From a virus: 64,000 nt of DNA. Made by a program: the position numbers and the translations under genes. Shown here piece after piece: positions 37,531-47,396 of the stretch. The first letter of the stretch is position 1. Each line of letters begins with the position of its first letter. The notes under the pieces are model-generated. The model was not told the origin of the DNA, did no database searches, and saw only the letters and a program-made list of their open reading frames with translations. The stretch lies in the IMG/VR virus record IMGVR_UViG_3300044630_002434, positions 55,712 to 119,711 of that record. One strand, written 5' to 3'.

Positions 37531-38430
37531 TTACGCTAAGTACCATGTTATCACAACTACAATACCTGGAGCCCCTGAAGCACCGAAATAGAAAAAACCA
37601 CCACCAGTAGAGTCTATAGAACCTCCACCGCCACCGCCACCGTAAGAATTTCCTGCAGACGGAGTAAATGAAGCGTTTGGCGAACCGCCTTTTCCACCAG
37701 AAGCAGGAACAGCCATTCCCGTAGGAGAAGAGTTTGGGTTGCTTATAGAGTGTGAAACAGCGTTACCGCCGTCTCCTCCGACTACAGGAGAGCCTGGAGC
37801 GCCTATACCGCCACTGCCTCCACCACCAGCGGCTCCATAAGAAGGATTACCTGGACCACCATATAAATTAGAATAAGTGCCAGAAAAAGAGCCTCCATCA
37901 GGATTTGCTCCGCTACCTCCACTAAACATACCAGTGCCACCAAATCCACCATAACTAAGTCCTACTTGATGACCAGCGCCAGCACCGCCTCCTGCTTTTA
38001 CACCACCACTTGACCCAAAACTAGAGTCTCCTCCGTTTGAAGCAGTACCATAGTCAAGATAGGTAGTTCCGCCAGCACCACCTGTTCCGACAGTCACAGT
38101 TACAGTTGAGCCTAGAATGACGGCATCGTATGTGTAATAAGACATACCTCCGCCTCCGCCGCCACCACCATTATAATAAGAGGTGCTACCAAAGAAAGTA
38201 GTAATGCTTGAGGTATCCCCACCGCCACCGCCACCAATGCAAACAACAGAAACTACATCAGCATTTGCAGGTTTTGTCCAAGTACCTGAAGAAGTAAATG
38301 CTTCTACAGTTACTCCACCAAGTTTTTGCCAATCAATAAGTTCCCAAGCGCCCTTGGATGAAACATACTCCCACGTGACGTTATTAATTGTGTATTGCTC
38401 GCCATTGTCAGGACTAGAAGGAAAAGTCAT
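37531..38430 (-). CDS. glycine-rich tail fibre/adhesin protein
   Basis: FPSSP.NG N-module; FTSSGTW.KP...IGGGGGG; G.VVVI end. Confidence 0.8.
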   Translation of the reverse strand: MTFPSSPDNGEQYTINNVTWEYVSSKGAWELIDWQKLGGVTVEAFTSSGTWTKPANADVVSVVCIGGGGGGDTSSITTFFGSTSYYNGGGGGGGGMSYYTYDAVILGSTVTVTVGTGGAGGTTYLDYGTASNGGDSSFGSSGGVKAGGGAGAGHQVGLSYGGFGGTGMFSGGSGANPDGGSFSGTYSNLYGGPGNPSYGAAGGGGSGGIGAPGSPVVGGDGGNAVSHSISNPNSSPTGMAVPASGGKGGSPNASFTPSAGNSYGGGGGGGSIDSTGGGFFYFGASGAPGIVVVITWYLA

Positions 38431-38435
38431 TTAAA

Positions 38436-39317
38436 TCACCCATACCAAACTGTAACAAAACAAGCACCACTTGCACCAGCACCGCCAGCACCGCCAGCAC
38501 CTGTTGCTCCAGCAGTAGAGCCTTCACCGCCACCGCCGCCACCGCCTCCATAAAGACCTCCAGCACCTGCAGCAGAAACTGTTGTAGTAGTAGAAACTCT
38601 TCCGTTACCACCAGAACCTGGACCTCTTAAAGTAGCGTTGCTTGTTCCTGCGCTACCAGCAGTCCCCGATTGAGTCAGGTTAAAAGCACTTGGAACAGAA
38701 CCTAAACCAAAAAATTCGCCACCACCGCCACCGCCACCGCCAGCGACTCCATTTAATCCATCTGCCTCATACGAGGCATTTCCTCCAGAACTACCCCTAA
38801 ACATACCTAAACCACCAGCACCACCAATTTGAGGTGAGGCGGTCCCCCCTAAACCATTAGCACCACCGTAGGCATAAAGGAATGTTCCAAAAGATGTTGT
38901 TCCACCAGAAGTTCCGTTGTTACCGTCAAGAGCAGTTGTTCCTGATGCAGTTGCTGCGCCAGCAGAACCACCTGCTCCCACGGTTACAGTAATTGATGCA
39001 TCTACACCGCCAAGGTCTTCTGCTCTAAATAAATATCTTGACAGTCCTCCACCACCGCCGCCACCGCCACCTCTATCACCAGAGAGGTTACGAGCACCAC
39101 CGCCACCGCCACCGCCACCGCCAATGCAAGTTACTTCAACAACTTTTGCTCCAGCAGGAACTATAAATGTGGCACTAGCAGTTAGTGCTGTTACTGTAGG
39201 TGCAATTAACTCATTAAAACTGGTGACTTCCCAAGAGTTTGTAGCAGAATAGTAAGTATAAGTAATGTTATCTAAAACATCTGTTTGTCCGTTTGTTGGG
39301 CTAGAGGGAAAAGTCAT
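38436..39317 (-). CDS. glycine-rich tail fibre/adhesin protein
   Basis: Paralog of 37531..38430. Confidence 0.8.
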   Translation of the reverse strand: MTFPSSPTNGQTDVLDNITYTYYSATNSWEVTSFNELIAPTVTALTASATFIVPAGAKVVEVTCIGGGGGGGGGARNLSGDRGGGGGGGGGLSRYLFRAEDLGGVDASITVTVGAGGSAGAATASGTTALDGNNGTSGGTTSFGTFLYAYGGANGLGGTASPQIGGAGGLGMFRGSSGGNASYEADGLNGVAGGGGGGGGEFFGLGSVPSAFNLTQSGTAGSAGTSNATLRGPGSGGNGRVSTTTTVSAAGAGGLYGGGGGGGGEGSTAGATGAGGAGGAGASGACFVTVWYG

Positions 39318-39319
39318 AA

Positions 39320-41380
39320 TTATTCATACCAAATCGTGAGAAAAACACAACCTTGAGCGCCAGCGCGACCAATAGCACCACCAAAACCAGAAGCACCAGC
39401 ACCACCACCGCCACCTCCACCGCCATAAAGGTTACCAGGAGAACCAATAGTACCGAAATTAGTAGATGAACCAAGACCACCACCGCCACCTGCGCCAGGG
39501 TTTATAGTAGATGTTGTCCAAAGTAAAGGCGCGACGTTTCCATTTCCACCAATACTAGAAGTGTGATTCCCACCACCGCTACCACCTCCGCGAGCGCCAG
39601 TTGAAATTGCAGGAGAGTCATTTGAGCCAGTATCTAAACCTGCGCCGCCTGCGCCGCCAGTAAACATTCCTATACCGCCAGAGCCCTCTTGACCTAAGGT
39701 TGTTCCTCCAGTAAAACCAGCACTACCACCAGCAGCAATTAATGTTCCTAATGAGCCAGAGTCAGCAATTTTAAAACTTGAAGTTCCGCCACCGCTACCG
39801 CTACCGCTACCACCAGCGCCAACTGTGATAACTGCAGTAGTTTGATACCCAGAAATTAAATTGTATGTGTGAATAGACATACCTCCGCCACCACCGCCAC
39901 CTCCGCCAGCAACACTTGTACCAGAACCTCCCATACCACCTGCTCCTCCGCCACCAATAACTACGGCATGAATTGCGCGAGCACTAGTTGGAATAGTCCA
40001 AGAAGAAACGGAAGAAGTAAAAAGATGTGTTGTTGGAGCCTTTTTAGGGATGGACGTATCTATTTCCCAACGGTTGTCCGTGGCATTGTAGGTATAGCGA
40101 GTTCCAGTGTTGTTAAAGTTGTATACGTATGCAGCGCCTTGCCCTCCCGTTGGAGAAGTGTCTTCACCAGAAGCACCGATTAATGCAATGTTACCGTCTG
40201 AAGAAAGTGCGACTGACCAACCAAACTCGTCACCAGATGCGCGGTCTGATGCTACAAGTTTTTGTTTTTGAGTCCAAGTAACACCCGAACGGGTAAATAC
40301 GTATGCAGCGCCGTTATTTGTGATTGGAGAGGCGCTCTCTAGGTAAGCGCCAATAAGAGCAATATTTCCATTTGCTGAGAGGGAAACTGACCAACCAAAA
40401 CGGTCACTTCCTGCACGGTCTGACGCTAGAAGTTTTTGTTGCTGTGTCCACGTGGAACCTGAGCGGGTGAATACATATGCAGCGCCGTTGTCTACGTTTG
40501 GAGACGTATTCTCGTATCTAGCACCAACAATTGCTGTATTGCCATCTGAGGAAAGGGCGACTGAAGCACCAAACTCGTCACCTGTTGCTAGGTCTGATGC
40601 TAAAAGTTTTTGTTGCTGTGTCCATACACCTGCTGAGCGGGTGAATACATATGCAGCGCCATTGTCTGTATTAGGGGAGGTGTCTTCTAGGTAAGCACCA
40701 ATTAAGGCTGTATTTCCGTCTGAGGAAATTGCCATTGACGCACCAAAATAATCAGTTGACGCTCGGTCTGATGCTGTTAATTTTTGTTGTTCTGTCCATA
40801 TACCTGCTGTGCGGGTAAATACGTAAGCAGCGCCTTGGTTTGTGTTTGGGGAGGTGGATTCAGCACGAGCGCCAATAAAGGCTATGTTTCCATCCGAAGA
40901 AAGGGCGACTGAATAGCCTAAATTATCACCTGCTGCGCGGTCTGATGCTAAGATTTTTTGTTGCTCAGTCCATACACCTGCCGTGCGGGTGAATACGTAT
41001 GCAGCGCCGTTAAATGTAGTTGGGGATGTCGCTTCTCCCCAAGCACCAATTAGGGCTGTGTTTCCGTCTGAAGAGAGGGCGACTGACCAACCAAATCGAG
41101 CGTTAGATGCAGTGTCAGATAACACATCAGATGCTAAGAGTTTTGTTTGCTCAGTCCATGTAGAACCTGAACGGGTGAATACATAAGCAGCGCCGTTTAG
41201 TGTGTTTGGGGAGGTGGATTCAGCACGAGCGCCAACAATTAGTGTAAAACCATCTGCAGATAAAAAAACTGACTCGCCAAAACTGTCAGAAGTTTCACGG
41301 TCAGACGCTAAAAGTTTTTGTACCTGCGGAGGAATATAGGTATCACCATTAGAGGGTGATGTAGGAAAAACTGTAGACAT
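39320..41380 (-). CDS. FG-GAP beta-propeller plus glycine-rich tail protein
   Basis: 7 repeats of KLLASD...FG.SVALS.DG...GAAYVF; Gly-rich C-terminus. Confidence 0.85.
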   Translation of the reverse strand: MSTVFPTSPSNGDTYIPPQVQKLLASDRETSDSFGESVFLSADGFTLIVGARAESTSPNTLNGAAYVFTRSGSTWTEQTKLLASDVLSDTASNARFGWSVALSSDGNTALIGAWGEATSPTTFNGAAYVFTRTAGVWTEQQKILASDRAAGDNLGYSVALSSDGNIAFIGARAESTSPNTNQGAAYVFTRTAGIWTEQQKLTASDRASTDYFGASMAISSDGNTALIGAYLEDTSPNTDNGAAYVFTRSAGVWTQQQKLLASDLATGDEFGASVALSSDGNTAIVGARYENTSPNVDNGAAYVFTRSGSTWTQQQKLLASDRAGSDRFGWSVSLSANGNIALIGAYLESASPITNNGAAYVFTRSGVTWTQKQKLVASDRASGDEFGWSVALSSDGNIALIGASGEDTSPTGGQGAAYVYNFNNTGTRYTYNATDNRWEIDTSIPKKAPTTHLFTSSVSSWTIPTSARAIHAVVIGGGGAGGMGGSGTSVAGGGGGGGGGMSIHTYNLISGYQTTAVITVGAGGSGSGSGGGTSSFKIADSGSLGTLIAAGGSAGFTGGTTLGQEGSGGIGMFTGGAGGAGLDTGSNDSPAISTGARGGGSGGGNHTSSIGGNGNVAPLLWTTSTINPGAGGGGGLGSSTNFGTIGSPGNLYGGGGGGGGAGASGFGGAIGRAGAQGCVFLTIWYE
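40591..40687. repeat. 97-nt exact direct repeat, copy 1 (copy 2 at 60830..60926)
   Basis: Base-by-base comparison. Confidence 0.9.
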
Positions 41381-41439
41381 ATCCGTGCTCCGTCATGTGG
41401 TCTTTGTGGTAGTAATAGTTTACCTCAAAGAGCGAAAGT

Positions 41440-42138
41440 CTACCTGACCCAAATCATGCCAACATCAGCCTTTTGTCTTAGATGACCGCCTGTAATCCAG
41501 CCACTAGATTGCCATGCATCTCTAGTTTCATCTAGCCAATCGTAGATTGAATCTGCTTTAGAAATTGGTCGGTATTCAGTTGGCTCTAGGAGGTGATGTG
41601 TAATGTATTGAAGCGCGTACTCCGTGTAGCCATTTACTTTGGCTAAGCGCTTTAGGTCTTCAACGTGCCTATCCATATGCTCAATGTGCCACTCAAAACA
41701 AAGACGCTCTGGCTTGTATGACATTCCAGCAATAACTTTAGACTCCCCACCCTCGACATCTATTTTTACTAAATTAGGAAGTCCATACTGTTCAATAGCC
41801 CAATCCATAGTGCAAGTATTTGCGCGTACAGTGCGGTACTCGATGTCTTTAATACGGGAATCCTCGCCCTTAATCCAAGAAAGTTCCATCGTAGAACTTC
41901 CATCTCCTTGGTTTAGTTCTCCATTACCGCATTCATAAAACTCAATTGTTTCGTTACCAACATCTGATACTGCAACCTTAAGAGGTACTACTCGCTGGTC
42001 ATAAAAATAGTTTTCAGCAAGAAGTTTATACATTCTTGGTGCTGGCTCAAAGGCAATTACTTTGTCAAAACCATATGTATTAAGAGCAATCCACGTAGCC
42101 TCACCGCGATTAGCGCCAACATCAAAAAATAGTTTCAC
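41440..42138 (-). CDS. FkbM-family methyltransferase
   Basis: FDVGANRG, FEP, KIDVEG.E. Confidence 0.92.
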   Translation of the reverse strand: MKLFFDVGANRGEATWIALNTYGFDKVIAFEPAPRMYKLLAENYFYDQRVVPLKVAVSDVGNETIEFYECGNGELNQGDGSSTMELSWIKGEDSRIKDIEYRTVRANTCTMDWAIEQYGLPNLVKIDVEGGESKVIAGMSYKPERLCFEWHIEHMDRHVEDLKRLAKVNGYTEYALQYITHHLLEPTEYRPISKADSIYDWLDETRDAWQSSGWITGGHLRQKADVGMIWVR

Positions 42139-43142
42139 TACATCAACCTATGAGACCAAGTTTTAGGAGTCTTTTCAGTAGTAAACTCAAGAGGTAAATG
42201 ATAACTAAAAGGCTTAGCACCTTCAGAATCAATCCACGATACAAGTTCTTTAAGACCTTCATCAAGTGTTGTAGAAGTGTGGTACCCAAGTAACTCACGG
42301 GCTAATTCTGAAGAACACTCGGCGCGGTAAACTTCCTGAGGACGACCAGGCATGTAGATAGGGTCTAAATCAAAACCAATAATTTCAGCCAACTTTTCTG
42401 CAAGTTGGTTAATTGTTATTGTTTCTTCGTCTGGACCAATATTTACTACGCGACCATCAGCAATATTTGTTGTTGCAGCAAGCGCAGACGGATTAATTAC
42501 GTCTTGAATAAACGAGAAACAGCGTTGCTGAGTACCGTCACCATAAATGATTGGTTGCTTGCCTTGAAGCATACGATTAGTCATAATAGAAGCCACGTTA
42601 CGATATGGGTCGTCATACTTTTGACGCGGACCAATAATGTTGTGCGGAACCATGATTGTGTATTCAAGCCCATGAGTTGTAGCAATGTTGGCTACAAGGC
42701 GCTCTGCTTCGTATTTTGAAATACCGTAAGGGTCTTGAGGCTTTGGAGTCATGTCTTCGGTATAGGGCAAGACATCTTGAGTACCGTAGCGAGCCATAGA
42801 AGAGTACTGAACTACTTTACGGACTCCGCACTTTACTGATGCGCTCATTACAGAAGCAACAAGCAACGAAGTATTGCGAACAATTAGTGCAGGAGAAAAA
42901 ACAGAGAGACCTTCGTAAGCAGTGCAAGCAGTATTAAGAACAATGTCTGCGCCTTCAAATGCTTTATGCAAGTTCTCAGGCTCTGTTGCGTCTACCTCAA
43001 AAAACTCAACGCCTTCTGGAATATTGCTCTTGTAACCACCAAGTAGGTTGTCTACACCAGAAACTTCCCATCCTTGAGCAAGAAAGTGGTCAGCCATGTG
43101 GCTACCTAAAAATCCAGCGACTCCTGTAATTGCTACTTTCAT
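42138..43142 (-). CDS. NAD-dependent nucleotide-sugar epimerase/dehydratase
   Basis: TGVAGFLG, SS, YGISK. Confidence 0.95.
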   Translation of the reverse strand: MKVAITGVAGFLGSHMADHFLAQGWEVSGVDNLLGGYKSNIPEGVEFFEVDATEPENLHKAFEGADIVLNTACTAYEGLSVFSPALIVRNTSLLVASVMSASVKCGVRKVVQYSSMARYGTQDVLPYTEDMTPKPQDPYGISKYEAERLVANIATTHGLEYTIMVPHNIIGPRQKYDDPYRNVASIMTNRMLQGKQPIIYGDGTQQRCFSFIQDVINPSALAATTNIADGRVVNIGPDEETITINQLAEKLAEIIGFDLDPIYMPGRPQEVYRAECSSELARELLGYHTSTTLDEGLKELVSWIDSEGAKPFSYHLPLEFTTEKTPKTWSHRLM

Positions 43143-43906
43143 GCTATCCACTCCGTAAGTTTGTCTAAGTTTTCTTTAATGTACTCAGGATAAGTTTCAT
43201 CGACAGGGACTACAACTAAATCCATACCTTGTCGACGAAACAAATCTGTCCGCTCTTCAATACTACTAACAATGTTGTCTAAGTTAGTTATTGAATCGAA
43301 GTTAAATTCTTGATGTGAAAACGCTTCAATTTTTTTCTTGATGTTTTCTGGTGTTTTGATGTAAGAAAAATGCCAACCAGCATCAGGAATTAATTCGTGG
43401 TCCATAAATCTAATTTCCGTGTGATTAGTGAAGTGCTTGTAGGAAATATACTTTGAGCGCCAACACATTTCAGTTGTAAGTATATTAAACTTGTAATAGT
43501 AAGTTTTGTAGTGAAAAGCCCCACCAAACTCATTAAACCCGTTCTTAAGGCTTTCAATCACGGTCCTGCGAGGAATCTCATCTGCATCTGAAAGAAGAAT
43601 AAGGTCTCCGTCTTCTAACCCAAGATGCTGAATATTTTCTTTGCATAGGTGATTCTTCTGGAAGTACTCTCTGTCCCACTGGTTTTCAAACTGCGCTCTT
43701 GGAACAGTAATAATTTCTACTTTGTCAGCGTATTGCGGATAGCGCTGGTATAGATGCTCAGAAAGATGTAGTGGCTTTGGTTTTCCTGTAAAAGTTTCTT
43801 CGCATTCAACAATGACAAACTTATCCACTAAGTCGTAGAGTTCTTTAAAACGTACATCTAAAATGAGAAACTCATCAAAGAAAGGGAAGCAATCAACTAC
43901 TTTCAC
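43139..43906 (-). CDS. GT17-like glycosyltransferase (beta-1,4-GlcNAc transferase family)
   Basis: DCF.FFDE, VE...TFTG..KPL, SDADEIP, GWHFSY, K..AFSH.E. Confidence 0.9.
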   Translation of the reverse strand: MKVVDCFPFFDEFLILDVRFKELYDLVDKFVIVECEETFTGKPKPLHLSEHLYQRYPQYADKVEIITVPRAQFENQWDREYFQKNHLCKENIQHLGLEDGDLILLSDADEIPRRTVIESLKNGFNEFGGAFHYKTYYYKFNILTTEMCWRSKYISYKHFTNHTEIRFMDHELIPDAGWHFSYIKTPENIKKKIEAFSHQEFNFDSITNLDNIVSSIEERTDLFRRQGMDLVVVPVDETYPEYIKENLDKLTEWIA

Positions 43907-44424
43907 TTTACAGCCTTTAACTCCCAAATAAGCCAGTAGGGAACATTTTCATGCCAGTACTGGTTGACTAATTCAAAGTTACCTATAAACCCATACTGAT
44001 GACAAAGCCCCATTGACTGGTCCCAATTGGTTTTTTTAGACGGCTGAACAAAATAAAGAACACTCTTGGTGCTGATGTAGTTAACGTGCTGAGGGTCTTG
44101 AAAGGTTTCGTGATGAGGCACTGCAGGAGTAGCAAAATAAGCAACACCGCTAGGCTTAAGAACGCGCCATACTTCACTCATAATGTCAATGAATGGTTGC
44201 TTACGTTCGCGACCAAGGTAAATAACGCGAGGGATGTGCTCTAAAAAGTCGTAACCAGAAACATAATCAAAAAAGTCATCCTCGAATGGAATGGGGTCTA
44301 TGGCTAGGTCAGCAACCTTAATGTTTGGGTTGCCAAGTTCAACAATATCTACCCCGAAAACTTCATCGGCATTGTATGGATTTCTAGGATTTATTCCGCA
44401 ACCTAAATCTAAAGTTTTTGTCAT
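43903..44424 (-). CDS. class I SAM-dependent methyltransferase
   Basis: LDLGCG, GVD, LEHI, RVLKPSG, DPQH. Confidence 0.92.
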   Translation of the reverse strand: MTKTLDLGCGINPRNPYNADEVFGVDIVELGNPNIKVADLAIDPIPFEDDFFDYVSGYDFLEHIPRVIYLGRERKQPFIDIMSEVWRVLKPSGVAYFATPAVPHHETFQDPQHVNYISTKSVLYFVQPSKKTNWDQSMGLCHQYGFIGNFELVNQYWHENVPYWLIWELKAVK

Positions 44425-45113
44425 TGCGTAGTCATTTTTTTAATTTTTTCTATGTCTTCCTTAAAATTTTTGTCCATGTAGTTCGCGTATCCTTCTCCAT
44501 CACTATCCATCAAGCCAAGAACTTTAACGCTTAGTTCGTCCTGAGGCGCTCTTCCAGCAATAGGATGCATATGCTTCATAATTACATCATCAAAATATTC
44601 AATATATCCTAACTCTTTCCCTACAGACATCCAAAAATTATCAAAGTAGTTGTGAGCAACAGCAGGGCACCCAAAAAATCCAAGAGCAGTCACTAAATTG
44701 CTTGACACACAAGGATGCGTGGGCAGGTTCTGACCATGAATTGTGTCGTTTGCGTATACAACTCCATAAGGAACACTTTTAAGGTAGTTAACAAATCTAG
44801 ACTCCCAAGGAGTCTGAAAAACAATATCATCAGCCGTAAAAGCCATGTATTTGTAGTTACTAGCAATATCTAAAGCAATAGTGTTTAGTTTTTGCATCAA
44901 AGTATTTTCAGCAGATTGAACTGTAATACTTTCTATCTCCTTAACAGAGTATAAAAAGTCAAACACTTCTAAATTGTCATCATCAATAATGACATGCAAA
45001 TCTGAAAGCCCTTCGGACTGTCTATGCCAAGAGTTAATAGCGCCTTTGAGACGTTTTTTTCTATCCTCTCCCGCGTAACGTATTGGAAGAATTAATGCAA
45101 TTCTATCTAACAT
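44421..45113 (-). CDS. GT-A fold glycosyltransferase
   Basis: ILPIR, ADD, H.Y.D, HMH. Confidence 0.75.
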   Translation of the reverse strand: MLDRIALILPIRYAGEDRKKRLKGAINSWHRQSEGLSDLHVIIDDDNLEVFDFLYSVKEIESITVQSAENTLMQKLNTIALDIASNYKYMAFTADDIVFQTPWESRFVNYLKSVPYGVVYANDTIHGQNLPTHPCVSSNLVTALGFFGCPAVAHNYFDNFWMSVGKELGYIEYFDDVIMKHMHPIAGRAPQDELSVKVLGLMDSDGEGYANYMDKNFKEDIEKIKKMTTQ

Positions 45114-46356
45114 TGATGTAGTCCTTTATTTTTTGTAGGTCTTCACTAAATTTATTTGCTTTGTAGTCTTCATATTTTTCTTTATCAGACTCTAAAAGAC
45201 CAGTCACTTTGTGGTAGATGGTATCTGGAGTCCATCCAGTTCTACGGTGGTCCATAATAATATCTGGCATAAACTTTTCAGTTCCAAGTTCTTTTGCTAT
45301 CTCGCTCCAGAAGTTATCAAAGAAGTTATGAGCAACTGCAGGGCAACCATAGAATCCAACAGCACGAACCATATTTGTTGTAATGCACGGGTGAGTTCCC
45401 CAGTTTATGTGGTCTGGAAGGTCAAGAGTGTTTCCGTACACAAGACCAGCAGGGACACTACTTAAGTACTCAATAAACTCGGACTCCCATAAAGTCTTAA
45501 ATACTAAGTCGTCTCCAACAAACATTATGTATTTGTATGTTTTTGCTAGTTCTGGTCCAACTGTGTTTATTTTTTCCATAAGGGTAAGTTCAGGTGGCTG
45601 TACCGTTACGCTAAATTTATTTTTATGCTCGCTTAAAAATCCAAAATTATGAGTGTCATCAGAGTCAATAATGATGTGAACGTCTGAAAGTCCCTCAGTC
45701 ACTTTAGACCATGAATTAAGACACTTAATTAGTCTTTGCGCTCTACCTGTTCCGTTATCTCGCACGGGAAGAACAATAGCAATTTTATCTAACTGAACAT
45801 TAAAAGTTTTAAGACTGTTATGCACCGCAGACCTGTGAGAGGGCTCAAGTTCTTTAAGATTTCCTAGTTTAATAAACATATCTAAACTTTCGCTTTGGCG
45901 GTCTAGCCACCAAGCACTTAAAGCCTTTTGAAACTCTAAAGCGTTTACGCCGATATATCCAACATCAACAGGAAGCGGTGCTAATTCTTTGTTTTCTTGG
46001 ACAAGACCAAGTTCAGCAAAAGTATGGCACTCTTGCCAGTTTGCTGTTTTTTCATAGAACTTAGATAGTTTGTAGTAAGCCTCTGGTCGCTCTGGAGTAT
46101 GTTCAATAGCCTGAAGAAAACTATTACTTACGTTCCAGTCTCGTTCGCCTTGACGCTCTAAACAAATTCCAACTTTAATAAGAGAAGAGTAGACCAGTTC
46201 TTTGGTTATCCCATACTCTGCTGCTCTTAAATAAAAGGATATCGCAGAAGCATTCTGACCAATGTTTTCATATTCAACGGCTATCTTAAAATTAAGTTCA
46301 GCGCTGTGAGGTTCAAAAGATAGAGATGAGATTAATTCTTTAATATTATTGTACAT
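45103..46356 (-). CDS. TPR-repeat protein fused to GT-A glycosyltransferase
   Basis: N-terminal TPRs (PERPEAY); C-terminal half paralogous to 44421..45113. Confidence 0.8.
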   Translation of the reverse strand: MYNNIKELISSLSFEPHSAELNFKIAVEYENIGQNASAISFYLRAAEYGITKELVYSSLIKVGICLERQGERDWNVSNSFLQAIEHTPERPEAYYKLSKFYEKTANWQECHTFAELGLVQENKELAPLPVDVGYIGVNALEFQKALSAWWLDRQSESLDMFIKLGNLKELEPSHRSAVHNSLKTFNVQLDKIAIVLPVRDNGTGRAQRLIKCLNSWSKVTEGLSDVHIIIDSDDTHNFGFLSEHKNKFSVTVQPPELTLMEKINTVGPELAKTYKYIMFVGDDLVFKTLWESEFIEYLSSVPAGLVYGNTLDLPDHINWGTHPCITTNMVRAVGFYGCPAVAHNFFDNFWSEIAKELGTEKFMPDIIMDHRRTGWTPDTIYHKVTGLLESDKEKYEDYKANKFSEDLQKIKDYINVR

Positions 46357-47356
46357 TTGACAAAGCCTCCAGCACATATTTATCCACAAGTTGTTTAGGC
46401 ACATCAAGAATGTATGCAGCGTTATCTTGAAATCCAAAAGTTACTAATAAGTTCTCACCAAAAACAGCAGCGCCAGCACAGAACTCTACGCGAGCATCTA
46501 AAAACGTAATGGGGTTAGGAGAAACACCAACTAGATTCCATTGGTCATCCCACACACAAAATCTGTGACGGTATATGCCGTCCTTACGTCCTAGATAGTT
46601 ATTGAATAAATAAACTTCGTGAGTGATTGATACGCGGTAATTACCCCAACGAAATACCTGAGACCCACCGCGTTGGTCTGCAGGAGCAGAGACACCTTCA
46701 CGAACAAAGAGTTGTTCGCAACGTGGAGGGTTTTCTAGATGCGCTTGAACAAGTTCTGTAGGAGCAGTCCACTTAACTAAGTGGAATGGCATATCTAAAA
46801 CTGGAACCCAGTTTTTTTCACAATATGAATTACCATTGAGTGGAGCAGGAATTCTATGCCTAGAAACTTCTTTTGCAGTCCAGTTTTCTTTGTCTAGTTC
46901 GATTTCACTAAACTCCATACGACCTTGACCGCTCGTAGTCGTGTCGCGACGAACACCAATTAGGTAATATTTGTCTTCCCAATAAACTAAACGAGCATCT
47001 TCAAGACCAACAAACTCCCAAAGGGGCTCAACATCAAGCAAAGACGTGTCAACAACTGTTGACTTTTCTATTTCTAGATTCTCGTTTAATTTACATAAAT
47101 AATTTGTTGTAGCAAGACGCTGGTCAGTTTCAGGATGCAAATACGCAAGAGGACCCCAACGGCTAGTGAAGCGTTGGTTTCCTTCAGAGTGGTAAAGCGT
47201 GTAGTTTACGTGCCTTAGATTTACAAGAATATCCCCATCTTTATCAATAAAAACAGACGGATTCATTAGACCAGTGCTATTACTAGCCTCATTAGCAATA
47301 ATAAGAGGGGAAATTGACCCCCCGCTATCCAAGGTTTCTTGCACAAAAGTTGTCAT
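46346..47356 (-). CDS. beta-propeller carbohydrate-active enzyme, paralog 3
   Basis: MNPS, GLEDARL, EKNWVP, RGGSQ, YRHRF, VEFCAG. Confidence 0.7.
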   Translation of the reverse strand: MTTFVQETLDSGGSISPLIIANEASNSTGLMNPSVFIDKDGDILVNLRHVNYTLYHSEGNQRFTSRWGPLAYLHPETDQRLATTNYLCKLNENLEIEKSTVVDTSLLDVEPLWEFVGLEDARLVYWEDKYYLIGVRRDTTTSGQGRMEFSEIELDKENWTAKEVSRHRIPAPLNGNSYCEKNWVPVLDMPFHLVKWTAPTELVQAHLENPPRCEQLFVREGVSAPADQRGGSQVFRWGNYRVSITHEVYLFNNYLGRKDGIYRHRFCVWDDQWNLVGVSPNPITFLDARVEFCAGAAVFGENLLVTFGFQDNAAYILDVPKQLVDKYVLEALSNVQ

Positions 47357-47396
47357 ATGTAGTCCTTTAGTAGTATGTCTTAAAAACATAATGCTA

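Noticed and set aside
40100-41320. Regularly spaced ~170-nt repeats resembling a CRISPR array or DGR template/variable pair
   Set aside because: They are in-frame FG-GAP blades; no unique spacers, no reverse transcriptase, no evident adenine-specific variation
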